Of a stretch of 64,000 nucleotides of DNA, positions 13,316 to 26,649 are shown piece after piece. A model generated the notes under the pieces. It made no database searches, was not told the origin of the DNA, and saw only the letters and a list, made by a program, of their open reading frames with translations. This stretch comes from Octopus sinensis (taxonomy: Eukaryota): assembly GCF_006345805.1 (NCBI RefSeq), contig NC_043001.1:39494001-39558000 (forward strand), read 5' to 3'. Each line of letters opens with the position of its first letter. The stretch's first letter is position 1. The position numbers and the translations under genes were made by a program.

Positions 13316-13544
13316 AAATTTTGGCTGAAAGCCAGCAATTTCGTGGGAGTGAGTAAATCAATTACATCAACCCTGGTGCTCAACTAGTACTCATTTTATT
13401 GATCCCAAAAGGATGGAAGGCAAAATCAGCATTGATGGAATTTGAACTCAGAGCATAAACATAGATGAAATGTTGCTCAGCACTTTGCCTAGCATGGTAG
13501 TGATTCTATCAACTCACCGCTTTAACAACAACAACAACAACAAC

Positions 13545-13588
<44 letters not shown>

Positions 13589-13607
13589 TGATGATGATGA
13601 TGATTAA

Positions 13608-13659
<52 letters not shown>

Positions 13660-14559
13660 CCTTTTATTAGTCACAATTTCCGTGAGCATGTGTTGTATAG
13701 TCCCACAGATCTTCTTTAATTTAACATTAAAAATTAATAGAAATTCATGTCATTCATATTTCTTTCTTTCATATTTCCTTTCATCAATGGTAAGTGTTAA
13801 TTTACATTTCTTCCTTTTCTTCATGCATGTTGCAGTATTTCTGTTCTTTGACTTCGGTCCTTTGATACATGTTATAATATTTTGGTTCTTTGGTATAAAA
13901 AAGAAAAACACATAACTGTTACAGCGTTTTCGAAACTGATCTCGTTTTCTGCTTGGAAATTTACAAATTTTACATACACACATGAAGCACTTATTTTTTT
14001 CTCCAAGTTTAAAATGCGACATTGTTTTTGTTATATCTACATTCCACATAACTAAATACATAAAAACAGAACAACATGTATACACACACACACACACACA
14101 TACACACACACACACAATAACAAGCACACACAAACATACAGCCCATTAGCTTCCTCCTCTACACATGTCAAACAGAACAAACAAGCAACTGACAAGACAA
14201 CATGTGCTCAAAGAAATTACCAAAGTAGTTTGTTTACAAATCAGCTACACAAAACGAAAGAATACCAAAGCAATGTATAAGCACTGACATTCATAAGCAT
14301 CACGTCAGTTCTTTTTAAAACTGTTTCTTACTTTCACTCCAACCTCTGTGCTTGCAGCTCTTACCTCAGGATTTGAGCTAGCCATTGTGGCTTTTTGCTA
14401 AAGATTGATGGAAGCAACAGAGAATAATCTTTATCATCATTGTCAACATCAATATCATCATTATTAATTTAATTTGTATGAAGGCAAGAAAGAAGATCTG
14501 AGATTCAAACTGCATAGGCAAAGAAGCAGATGGCATCAAGCAGTAACAGTAACTAACCT

Positions 14560-15340
14560 AGATTGTACTGATGACCTGGCATTACTCACAAAGAGGACAG
14601 ATTAGGCACTGGAGGTGCTGAGCAGATTAGAGTGGGAATCGGGGAAGGTAGGATTGTACTGTAATGCAAACAAAACAGAGCTGCAAGTATTCAACCATGA
14701 AATGCTTGGGTCAGTGAAAGGGAGAGACGGTAAGTCACTGAAGGTAGTTGAAAATTTCAAATACCTTGGTGCATGGGCACAAATTACTGAAAAAGACATC
14801 GTAGCAAGGAAAGCTCCTGCCTGGAACACATGCCATAAATTGAGAAAGGTATGGAGTTCAAAGTTAGCAAGGAAATTGAAAGTGAGTTTGTTTCTGGCAA
14901 CAGTGGAGTCTGTTCTTCTATATGGGGCTAAAACATGGATGCTCACTAAAGCAGTGAAGATCCAGTTGGACGGTTGTTATACAAGGATTCTTAGAATGGT
15001 ACTCAATTTCTCCTGGAAGAGTCATACAACAAACGCCAACTTATACCAGGGACTATCAAAAGTAATATTGAAGGTACAGCATAGAAGGATGAGGCTAGCT
15101 GGACATTACATCAGACACATTGATGAAATTGCTAACAAGCTAGTGCTCAGGAAACCAATAGAAGGAAGAACCAAGAGAGGAAGGAGGAAAACGACCTATA
15201 TCTACAACTTACAGGAGGATACTGGTATGGAAGGGGTACAGGAGCTAAGGACCATTATGGAAGACGAGATGAATAGGGAAAATGTGTGGAAATACTCTTG
15301 GAGCATCCTATGGGATGACCTAGATGAAATGAGATAAATA
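14560..15340 (+). mobile_element. RTE-like LINE RT C-terminal fragment
   Basis: TDDLALL upstream of ORF 14615..15337: FKYLG, VESVLLYG, RMRLAGH. Confidence 0.85.
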
Positions 15341-15464
15341 CTGTGGGATTGGTGTTTGTTTAGTTTGTGAGTGACTTGTATAACCAGGGAGTGTGTATAT
15401 GTGTAGAGATGGAGATGTGTATGTGATTTGTATTTGTACTTACAGCATTCTTTACTAAAACCAA

Positions 15465-16060
15465 GGGGATCTTTTCCATCTCAGTCACAGATTTTTAATT
15501 AATTTTTTAACTAAACAGTTTGAAACTTCGAATACTGGTAGAATTTCTCACGTAGAACATGGTTTACTCTGAACATTTTTGACAAAATTTCATATTTTAG
15601 AAGTTATTTCATGCTAAAGTTGTCATATTTTGGTAATTTCAACCAATCAATTATGTGTATTCGGTTCAAGAAAGCTACTGCTGTTTATGATAGTAATTGA
15701 AGAGGAACAACTTCCGGGTCATCTCTACTAAATGTCATCATTCTGTTCAAAGAATCAACACCAAGAAGGAAGAAATATTTACATATATTTATTTGTTTAC
15801 CTGACATCGGTGTTTTATACACACATAAAGCATGCCAGTGTTTAAAAGACCTATTGAGCAATGAGTTTGCAGCAAGTTTTTTTGTTGTTGACGTATATGT
15901 AGTTTCAAAATGCCTTCTAAAATATGAAATTTTGTCCAAAACATTCAGAGTAAACCTTGTTCTACATGAGAAATTCTACCAGTATCCTAAGTTTCAAACT
16001 GCTTAGTTAAAAAAAAATTGATTGAAAAATCTGTGATTGAGATGGAATAAATCCAACCAA
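15465..16060. mobile_element. MITE-like element with about 140-bp imperfect terminal inverted repeats
   Basis: ...tttgaaacttcgaatactggtagaatttctcacgtagaac... mirrored by ...gttctacatgagaaattctaccagtatcctaagtttcaaa... Confidence 0.75.
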
Positions 16061-16837
16061 GGGAGACCCTAGATCTTTGAACAAAAGCCAGTGACCCTTA
16101 ACCACCACAAAAACTGATGACCTCGTACGTACCATTGTAATAACTATTCACGCTCAACAGCCATCTTACACAATGATTGAAATCTGTGCATACAGGGAAG
16201 CTCAAGTACACCTTTGAACAACAAACCTTACACAAATTCTGAATGAATATTGATGCTCAGTCATCTCAATTACTGTTACATACTGTGCACAAAGCTTTTT
16301 CCATTGAAAAATTCAAATGCAGAGGTTTTTTATTGCTGATTTTCCAGTTTGAGTCATTTGGAGTAGAAGAAGTTTTCGATGTTCAAATATTACCGACTAC
16401 CCTCCACTATTTTGGGCTTCCAAGCAAACGTGACAGATAGTTGAACTAACAGGAAAATTTTAGACATATTGGTCTATTTTAGTTTATAAAAATTATATTG
16501 TGCAATGAATATTAGTTTGTATGCTGAAAAGGATATCTTATAAATTCCCAATCCTGACCAAAAATATTAATCAATTTCAGAACTGTACCAAAGGAACTTG
16601 GGCAACAGCAGTGAACACCCAACAAGTGGAGATTGTCCAGATGCTAAACCAATTATGAAACACAAGAGAGCTGGTAACACCAGAAATGATAAAGTTTGCA
16701 ACACAGCTCCATGCTTCTCAGATATTTTTCTTTGGAAAATTGTACAAATGTGAATCAATTTAAATGTAATAAATCTTCTTATACACCCTCAGTGTATTTA
16801 CAACCTTTTTATTCCCGTCATATGTGTGTGTGTGTGT

Positions 16838-16909
<72 letters not shown>

Positions 16910-16989
16910 TATTTATGTGCTCATATACAAATACATTATATACAAATATTAATAATTACAACATTCCATTTAACACCTTACAATGGTAA

Positions 16990-17460
16990 ACATTCTGGTT
17001 TTTCTGTTTAACCTGAGCTTGAAACTGAAAAGCTGTTAGAAGAAACAAATAACACCATATTGTACATCCATATAGAATGTAACCAACTACTAAATGCCAT
17101 CAAGCTCATTATCTTCCCTCTAATGCTATCTTCAACAGGGCTATAGAGTACTGCAGCAAGAATCTATGAAGCAAGCAATCTAAAGAAAGAATAAAATATA
17201 TACCAGCACCATCTAACAATGATGCAAAACTCACAGTGAAAAGACCTTATGACATGGTATAATCCACTATATAACATTGCAGAATAAATCGTGGTTTTCT
17301 TTTTTTACATTTTCCTTCCTAAACAGAGAAAAATTTACCAAATGGTCATATATCCCAAAGGTTGTTCAGAAATATCAACACTAAAGTGAGCTACAGGTGT
17401 ACAAAAACATGTCTAATATTCTCAAGAACAACAATGCAAAGTTATTACAAGCTGAAGGTA
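16990..17460 (+). mobile_element. Penelope-like element fragment (post-RT region)
   Basis: Decayed frames similar to ORF 63510..63989 (WYNP, KVSY.C..NM motifs). Confidence 0.5.
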
Positions 17461-17804
17461 AAGAGAAGGGAGCAGGCTTGCAGTTGACAAAATATACATA
17501 CATTGGTAAAGAACACATTTATATTTTGGTTATGTATCTTACACTAGAAATTAGAACTCAATGAAGCAAATGCTTTAGTAAATTTAAGCAAATTACAGAA
17601 ATGACCTCATATATTTTGAGCTCTATTAAGTCATAAGCAACCAGTGATACAGTATAACAAAAAACAAATCTTTCCAAAACTGTTTAAGTTGAGTAATTGC
17701 ATTATTGTGTTAGATATGATTTTTAAAATGTACATATATTTCACATAAAAATTTTGAACAAAACTGCTGTTTGTGCTTTACAGAAACAAAAAGTAAAAAC
17801 TTAC

Positions 17805-18125
17805 ATTTTATGAGCATATCTAGTTTCTTTGAATAACTAACAATTCCACTTTTATCCAGTAAATATGCAACACACTGTAATTCCTTAAACCTCTTATGAA
17901 GAGTTAATGTCAATTTTGATGATAAAATGATCAGCTTTCCTGATTTGCTTGAATTGTTTGAAATATTCATTGTAGCATTTTCTTGTGCTCCATTTTCCCT
18001 TGTAATCAGCCAGAAAACTGAAAATCTAGGTTTGGCATCTTTAATAAGGCATTCATAACTTTTGTTCTGATTTTCCACAGGAACTGTGTCTGAAATAGCC
18101 TTGATTGTGACTGATTTTGGTAAAA
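17805..18125 (-). CDS. Ig-superfamily gene, Ig-like domain 3 exon (321 nt)
   Basis: TTTCAG|TT TTA CCA ... ATA AAA T|GTAAG, phase 1-1. Motifs YECLIKDAKP, VFW, SSKLTLTL, LQCVA (C2-set-like). Confidence 0.9.
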
Positions 18126-19576
18126 CTGAAATAGAAGAATTGACCAAAATTATATAAATAAATGAATGAATGTTTGCATTTTAGTCTGTATGTATCTATG
18201 TGTCTTTGTATATATGTATATCTGTTACATGCTTCCTTACATAAATATGTGTTGAAAAAATAACCATTAATTTACATCTATTTTTGCCGGACTGAGGTGA
18301 CAGCAATTTTATGTTGTTTATAAATTTTTTAGTTAGATGAAAAATACAGCAGTATTATCTTCATTGAAATTAATAATCAGAAGGCATTGTACTGATTGAG
18401 CTAACTTAACAAAATATCATATATATATGGACCAACTGGAAAGTAATGTACATAGAGTTTGCTACTCCTGTGCTTTCTCTTCAGATATGCAGATGATATC
18501 CTCAGGCTCACCACTGCTATTAGAGAGACTGACTATGTATCTTGCGCAATAAATGATATTGACAACTATGTAGACATCGAAATTAAACATTTTATTGATA
18601 TTGCAACTCAGTTTCTACAAGAAAACTGCCCACAAGGTCTATCATACATTACAGGTCTATCATACATTAGCAACAAGGGCCAAGGCTACAAAATATACAT
18701 TGATATTACAGATGAATAATAGATGTAGCAAGTAGAAAATAGAACCACTAATATAAATCTAGAAGACATTTGCCCAGGTTGCTGGGCAGTGAAACTGAAT
18801 CTGAAATTCTATGTTTGGGAAGCAAAATTCTTAACCAAGCAGCCACACCTGCACCTATGTTGTCTTATGAGGGATACTGTGGTTATTTTGTAGAAATTCT
18901 CAGTTGTCATCTTTGCCACAAGTATCTAAATCTTTTTCTCTACGGTCATATGCATCAGTTAACCTTTCTCTAGACCTATTCCCAATTATGGAATCTTTTT
19001 ACCCCATATCTTCCTTCTCCCAGTTCATTTCTGTGTCTTTGTGTGTAGTACATTCTCCACTAGGAAAGTTTTGGTGTGTACAATAACCCTTTTGTCTGAT
19101 TTACAGGAGGCACAAAGAATAACAGCTCCATCCAGCTTGCTACTTAATTGAAAACACTATAGAGAGAAAATCCAAACACGCTGAAATATGATGCTCCAGC
19201 ATGGCCCTAGCATTTGGCTGAAACCAGTAAAATATTAAAGATAAAAGATATATGTATATGTATAATATAAAATGCATGCATATGTAGGTGTGTATATTTT
19301 GTGCATATAAATGTATTGGTTTCTATGTGCACATGTTTGTATATTTATTTATAAGTGTATGTAAATATGCTATAAAATGCATAAGTGGTATACATATTTT
19401 GTGTACATAAATGTGTAATATATAAAACATGCCTATATATCTATCACTCTTTTATCTATAAATTTTAACCGTACTAGTTTCTATCATTAAACAAACATTA
19501 CAGTATACCATATATTCATTTATTAAGTACAATTTATCATCATCAATGATAAATAAATAAATATATATATATATAT

Positions 19577-19778
19577 AGGGTTCAAGAAGTCTTTGGACAG
19601 ATTCCTTCAAGAAATCCCGGATAAACCCCCTACACCCAGATATGTCTCTGTAAACAATAACTCTCTACTTGAGTGGGCCATAGTGCCCAAATTCTGACTT
19701 GAAAGACTTCACCAGGTGGTGCTATTAAGTTAGACATGGCCTGGGCCAATAATGGCCGAAACCTATCAAAGTATCAAA

Positions 19779-19782
<4 letters not shown>
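19577..19782 (+). mobile_element. CR1-type LINE extreme 3' end
   Basis: FKKSLDRFLQEIPDKP..NNNSLLEW, followed by a tail ending in (tatcaaag)2. Confidence 0.65.
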
Positions 19783-19821
<39 letters not shown>

Positions 19822-20099
19822 AGGTCTAGAGAAATATTAACTGATGCATATGACCATAGAGAGAAAGATTTAAATACTTGTGGCAAAGAAAATGATGGAT
19901 ATGTATAGTGATTAACTGAATGCTATTAATATTGTTTCAAAAAAACGTTATAGGATATAACGTCAGAGGTAGCCTATAGAAAGAGGAGGGATAAAGTAAA
20001 GGAAAACTAAATAAATGAGAAGTATATGACTATATATATATTAAATAAAACCATATAGACTAGGAAAAATATATATCTAGTGAATGTGAAGTATAAGAA

Positions 20100-21420
20100 G
20101 AAAATTAATGTTTAAATTATATATAATGATAGAAATCACTTATATGAACTAAAGGTGTGTTTCTGCCAACGTTTACATCGGTATGCACGCTCTATAACCG
20201 TCATTGCAAGGGGATTTTTAGAAAAAAGAATAAAAAATAATTCAGAATTACAGAGAAGACAGAATTCCTTGCCTTTGTCATAAGGTATCGAAATTGAGAG
20301 AATCAACCTATCTAAATTAAATTGTTTATTGCGATCTTTTAGATCCCAAATTAATTTACTAAGCCCTGTAACTGTTACGTTTATTCCTATCCCTAAATGT
20401 AGAGTAATGATTACAAATTCTTTAGAAGGACTCTAGACAAGCTCAAGTTAAGAATTAAGGTTGAAGTAAGGCCAGGTAACCCTATCAGATCCCTAATCGG
20501 TAGAACCTATCCTTTTAGCAGAACCCCCGTACTGATATGAACTGCATTGTATGTAGATTGAGCCCATAAACAAACTGAAAAGCTTGGAATGTAGTCTATA
20601 GTATAAGCTGTACAGAGGAACGGTGCAGAAACAAGACAACAGTATACGTAGGGGAGACAGCACAGAGCATAAGATAGCAGGTAAATGAGCATTGAAGGGA
20701 ACTTAAGGAAAAGAAGAGCTCATCGGTTCTGTACCAGCACACTGAGTAGGAACAATGGGGCTCACTCAACAACATAGAAGTTAAAATCTTGTCCACACAT
20801 AGAACAGAAGCAATATTTAGACAAATTACGGAAGCTACACACATAATAAAATATAAACTTAGCCTAAATAGAAAACTAGAATGGAACACTAACATACACT
20901 CTCACACATCACAACCTTTGACAGAATAAACTGATAATAATATGAAACTAATACAATACACAGATAAACAAATGGAATTTAATAATTATATACATAAACC
21001 GAATAAAATAAATTAAATTAATACAAAAAAAGAAAGAAATGAAAATGCAAGTAGATAAAAGGAAATGAATAAAGTAAATGAAAGTAAATTAAACAAACAT
21101 GATTAAACAGGGGATATTGATAATGCAGATACCATACACATTCCTACACACACATTTACTAAACATAGACTCACACAAGGATATACGCATATCCAAATAA
21201 AGACACATAGGACTACGAAATGACCGGTCGTTAGTAAGGAGAGATGAAAAAGAAAGAAGAAAGCAAAGGGCCACTGATGAGGTCACAGAAATGTGACAAA
21301 AGAACTCTGGCCAAAATACAATTACTATAAAATAAAGCTGAAGCAAGTGAACACCAAATATATAGTGCATGTGTTTTCATTGGCTAAATTGGCAACAGGG
21401 TCATCCCCAAATACAACAAC
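20100..21420 (+). mobile_element. Penelope-like element: GIY-YIG endonuclease relic plus terminal repeat with hammerhead
   Basis: NVVYSISC..TVYVGETAQSIR*QVNEH (about 20590-20700) and RQITEA..LNRKLEWN. Confidence 0.8.
21269..21312 (+). ncRNA. Minimal type I hammerhead motif (G12->A) in the 3' repeat of a Penelope-like element
   Basis: GGCCA CUGAUGA G GUCAC AGAAAU GUGAC AAAA GAA CUC^UGGCC. Confidence 0.65.
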
Positions 21421-22552
21421 CTTAGAGGTAGAAGGTAGTTTCTGTAACCTAAGTGATCTAATTAGCAGTGGAGAAGGGTACTCTTAAAGTGTAGTAGTTA
21501 GAATAAGAACTGGCTACAGAAAGTTTAGAGAGCTATTTCTTTGTTGGTTAGAAAGGGCCTCTTGCTCAGAGTGAATGGCAGATTTATGATGCTTGTTTAG
21601 GAATAGCTATACCACATGGCTATGAATGCAGAGGTCATGTAAAGGCTAGACAGAAATGAAGCTACTATATTCTGGTGGATGTACAATGTCAGTGTGATGT
21701 AGTGTGTAAGAGAGGAGACTGCACTGGCATGGTCATGTTAGTGCATATTTATGAGAAGAGCAGCATAAAGAAGTACCAATTGCTATATGTGGATGGAACC
21801 TGTGGAACAAATTGGTACAAAGGGGCCTTAAGACATTGAGCCTTACAGAGGATTTGCTGTGCTTGATAAGATCTGTTCATGTAGGTAAAATTGAGGCCCC
21901 AAAGAAATGTTTATACCTACACCCCTGCTCAGAATCTGTCTCTGACAAATATCTTCCCAATAACTCATCTTCCTAACACCCATTCCCTTCACTCAAGTTC
22001 ACCTCTCATTGCATTCCCTTCCCGTTTATCTCCCACTCTCCTATCAAATCTCATGAATTTCCTTGCACACAATCTACTTCTGATGAATATATTCCTTCTC
22101 AACAACATATCTTCTTCACATTCCCTCCCTCTACTTGCATTCATTTTTCTTTTGCACTCTCATGAACTTACCCACCCACTCACCTTATCCAGTCCTCCTA
22201 CTACCTACCTGTAACTTGAGGGTACCCCACAACACATATTCTTCACCATCTTTTCTCTCTCTTCTATCCGATGATGATGTATATTTATGTATATTTATTG
22301 ATGTGTATAAGTGTGTGCAACTTAGTGTTTGTTTCTTACCACTTTACAACCATTGTAGATATGTTTACTTTCCAGTCACTTAGCAGTTTGGTAAAAAGAG
22401 ACCAATAAAAATAAGAGACTCAAAATACTGGGGTCCACATACTCGACTAAACCCTGCAAGTAATGCCCTAGTATGGTCACAGTCTAATGACTGAAATAAA
22501 TAAAGGAATAATAGAATAAAATCACACAACTGTGCAAAAAATAATTACTTAC

Positions 22553-22864
22553 CAAATACTGTAATACTATACTTGCTTGTATGGAAACCGCCTTTGCAAA
22601 TAATGTCCATGTTGTCTTCAGCTAAACTAATGCTGGTTATACTCAATGTACAGCTTGAATGTTGGCAACTAGTTTCTTGGCGTTTACCAAAATATTTAAC
22701 AATATTTTGGTTCAATGATCCAACGTATTTAGCAATAACTGTTCCATTTCCAGTATACCAAATTACTGTAGTACCAGTACCTATTGTTTTACATTTCAAT
22801 GTGAATTTTTTATCCTTTATGGCATTTGGTGTTTCAGAACTTGGGTAAAGATTCCTATTATCAT
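22553..22864 (-). CDS. Ig-superfamily gene, Ig-like domain 2 exon (312 nt)
   Basis: TTTTAG|AT GAT ... GTA TTT G|GTAAG, phase 1-1. Motifs FTLKC, VIWY, TLSITSISLAEDNMDIIC. Confidence 0.9.
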
Positions 22865-23149
22865 CTAAAAGATAAATTATTACAAAATAAATCAAGTATT
22901 ATACACCAAATGATGGAATATTTTAAGTATAATAAAACGAGTCTGTTTGTTTCTATTCCATTCCAGCTGAAAATATGAAATAAGTATTATGTGTAACAAA
23001 AATTTTTCTTTTATTCTGCAGAAGAATATAAAGCTAAATCTACTGAAGCACATTAGAAGATATTTTAAGGAGGAATGGGTTAAGTAGAATGATTGTGAGC
23101 AAGAATCATAGTTAAATATATGGCAAGTAAGTTTGTCAAATGATACCAC

Positions 23150-23187
<38 letters not shown>

Positions 23188-23217
23188 TATATATATTATA
23201 TATATATATATATATAT

Positions 23218-23592
23218 AATGATAAATCTCAGAGCGAGTTTAAAACAGTAGCGGTAACACATCGTGATGCATATTGCCATTTGAATATGGCTAACCCATA
23301 AGGGTGGATGCTACTGTAGTTTGTAACCCCAGGAAGATATCTCCTCCAGCTGGCTATAGACACACTATCTGTGTCCTCTCAGTATTTGTGAAGGGGAGTC
23401 ATCGTCCCCGTCTTCAACACATGATACACACGTACCCGAGTTTCAAGGTGTTTACCTTTCATCAGCGTGTGACAATCATGGTTGTCGATGAGAAGTCAGA
23501 TCCCTTCACAAATACATATACTTTTTCCAGTGTCGATTTGACACTGATATTGAAAAAGTGAAATCAAACAATGATAAATCTCAGAGCGAGTT
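23218..23592 (-). mobile_element. Retrozyme-like 352-bp unit bounded by 23-bp direct repeats
   Basis: aatgataaatctcagagcgagtt at 23218-23240 and 23570-23592. Contains the hammerhead and other hairpins, and no recognisable protein domain. Confidence 0.6.
23427..23471 (-). ncRNA. Type I hammerhead ribozyme, intact catalytic core
   Basis: Minus strand: CACACG CUGAUGA AAGGU AAAC ACCUU GAAAC UCGG GUA^CGUGUG. Helix I 6 bp, helix II 5 bp, short helix III, GUA cleavage triplet. Confidence 0.85.
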
Positions 23593-24464
23593 ATAAGGGA
23601 TGCTGGAGATATGTCATTTTTGCCATTGCTCCCTTAATATAATTATATACATATGTATATTATTATTAATTTAGTATATATTTATATATATATATATATA
23701 TCAATAATACAGTGATTGTTTCTTATCAGGAACAAAATGTTTAATAGGACTGCTATAGAAGTGCTCAATTGAAAGAGACAAATATATCAAACTAAGGTTA
23801 TAGAACAAACAAATGCAAGGTCATCCACAAACATTTCATAATTCGAACATTTAATCATAGAATATACATATAAACATCCCGCAAGATGGAACATAATTCA
23901 TCTGTATAAGCATATAAGAAAGTGCAAGAAAAAAGTTCATCATGGTTTAGAGTTAATACTTTAGCGATTCAGAGAAATATATTTTTTTTAAAAACATTAC
24001 AACACCTAGAAAGTAAAAATATATAGGTATATAAAAATATATAAAAATATATAGGAAGCATGTAAAAAATATATAATATATATCATGTAAATAAAATAAA
24101 AGTTCATCGTTTAGAAATCTTATAAAATTACTATTCAAGTAAGAGAAGCCTTATAGTTAAAAAAGAGGAAACCATATTTACTTAATCCCTATGGCCATTT
24201 CAGAGGTGTATTATTATGTTTAAAGCACTAGGGTGCATCAAGATAATACCTCCTTCCTCAGGGGAAAAAAATATAGAGAGACAGACATCATCGCGTACCA
24301 GGCTAACACAATATTGTGTGCTTTCCTATTGAAGCATGCATGCTTGGATAAGCCCAAAAGAAGGAATTAAAGCAGTAAAAAAATTTTCTTTTAAAGCAGT
24401 AGAGAAATAAGGCGGTAAAAAAAAAAATTTTAATTTTTTAAAATTTAAAAAAATATATATATAT

Positions 24465-25275
24465 ATACACTGGACCTGGAGGGACTGCAATCCCAGAGGC
24501 ACAATCAGTGCAAGACCTGGGTATTTACATGAGTGATGATGCAGCCTTTCATGTGCATGTCACTAAATTGGCAATGAAATGTAGGTGGCTGACCAGATGG
24601 ATTCTTAGAACCTTCAGAACAAGAGATCAGGAGACCATGATGGTCCTCTGGAGGACACTTGTCCTAAGCCACTTTGACTATTGCTCTCAGCTATGGTCAC
24701 CATCCAGTGTCAAGTTAATCACAGAACTTGAGGCGATCCAACGAAGCTACATGAAGAAGATAGCTTCTGTGCAGCATATAAGCTATTGGGAAAGACTCAA
24801 GAGATTGAGACTCTATTCCTTAGAGCGTAGGCGAGAAAAGATATGCCATAGTATACATCTGGAAGATCCTAGAAGGACTTGTCCCAAACTTGGCATCGAG
24901 AGTACACAAATGCCAGAACTGGGCGCCACTGCGTGGTGCCAAGGACTCCAAATTTGCCATCAAGATGTAGGACAAGATACTGTGATAGCCTGGCTTCTGA
25001 GGCCCACAGCTCTTCAATATCCTCCCGAAGAAGAAGAACCTAAGACCTGCATGGGGTGGATGCAGATGTCTTTAAAATGAAACTGGATCTCTTCTTGTCA
25101 GGTATCCCTGATGGACCAACTTCACAGCAGGAGGTGCAGATGAGGGCAGCTGCATCGAACTCTCTCATGCACCAAATGGCAATTGCTAAAAAGCATTTGT
25201 GAAGTAAAATCATGTAGCAACACCAAATGGTGGTGCCCCAGCATGGCCACAGCTAGTGAGCTGAAACTAGATAAA
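24465..25275 (+). mobile_element. CR1-clade LINE 3' fragment
   Basis: ORF 24508..25080: QDLGIYMS, WILRTF, SHFDYCSQLWSP, YWERLKRLRLYSLERRR. Confidence 0.9.
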
Positions 25276-25454
25276 TAAAAAAAATAAATATATATATATA
25301 ATAAAGCAGTAAAAAAAGTAGTTAAGAAAAAAGTAAATAAATAAATAAAAAAATAAAAAATGGGTGTATTAAATTAAATTAAGTTCAATTAAATTAAATC
25401 GAATTAAATTAAATTGAACCTCCATGGTTTCAAATCCTGTAAAAGCTAAATTAT

Positions 25455-26030
25455 TTATTTTCTACAACTTATTTTATTCCTATAGACTTTTAAGAATGTA
25501 GAAGAAAATTTATGGATGCAAAAGGGAATCACGTCCGTAAATTTATTCAGAATGTGCAGTCCATAACACCTAAGGATGGTAAGGGATTCCTTTATGCATA
25601 GCTTACACTTGTTAATATTTCCCTTGAAATTTGGGGTTTTAGAAATAATGGACCATTCTAGATAATAATTCTTATTATTTTTCTTCAAGTTGTGTATATG
25701 GGATGCAAGTGTAGTTGAGTTACAGTATTTGTCGCTAGCAAAAGAGCTCATATGTGATCTATATCTCGCCTTAAAGTCTATCGTGCTACCTATATAAAAT
25801 TTATTTAGCTTATCCTCGTCCTTGACTACACATTTATATATAACGTTGGTAACTAGACAGGAACCATCTAAAGGACATCTGATACCCAGATTTTCATGGG
25901 GGAGTAAGATGAGCAGCCATCCTTCAAGACATCTTTTATCTTGCCATAGATTTCCACTGCTCTATTACATTTCAAAAAGAGGAAATTCATGATGGCCTGT
26001 GCTTCAACTTTATCGAAAATCTGGTATTAA
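25455..26030 (-). mobile_element. Penelope-like GIY-YIG endonuclease fragment
   Basis: RCPLDGSCLVTNVIYKCVV..FYIGSTIDFKARYRSHMSSF..LASHIH..CKLC. Confidence 0.85.
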
Positions 26031-26649
26031 GTAAAGACTTGAACAGGCCTTAAGATGTTTACACAAACACAAGACTTTAAAAAAAATTAATGAAGGTTCT
26101 GGATAACCAATGCCCTCCACACAATTGAATATGAAAGGACAGATAAAAGGACATATACTAAACCCACACAATTCATGGTCCTCTGTAACAAACCTAGCAT
26201 ATACTTTATCAAATGTATACTACAAAACATAAACAACACAGTCAAGAAAATGAATATATGAACAACTAAAGACTTTACACTACAAGCACTACACTTGAAT
26301 TCCAAGCTGCCATAAACAAGGAGCTCTGTGAGAACACTAACATCAACCTAGACCTAATTAGACTAAGCCTTGACTTTAGACAGCAACTGATGTGAATTTG
26401 AGGTCAAAACAACACCCCATTTCTCCTGAACCCTTACTTACAATAACTAACTCCACTCAGTTCTCTTCAAACTAGCCAAATGGATGAGCCCTGAAGAAAC
26501 CATATGAAAATCATGCCAATTCGCATCTGCAACTGCCCATAATCTGTGCAGTGAAACACGTATATGTCATAAAGACCACAATAATATGCAGTATGAAATT
26601 GTAAAATAAGAGGAAATAAATTTTGAGGATGCACAAGTCTCCATGTCCT

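Noticed and set aside
16567-16758. Hydrophobic, signal-peptide-like minus ORF; a plus frame has Cys spacing faintly like a TNFR repeat
   Set aside because: No convincing flanking splice sites or frame compatibility with the Ig gene; likely chance.
18459-18719. Plus ORF containing RYADDI after an acceptor-like site
   Set aside because: No other RT motifs, and it contains an 18-bp tandem duplication; at most an unclassifiable relic.
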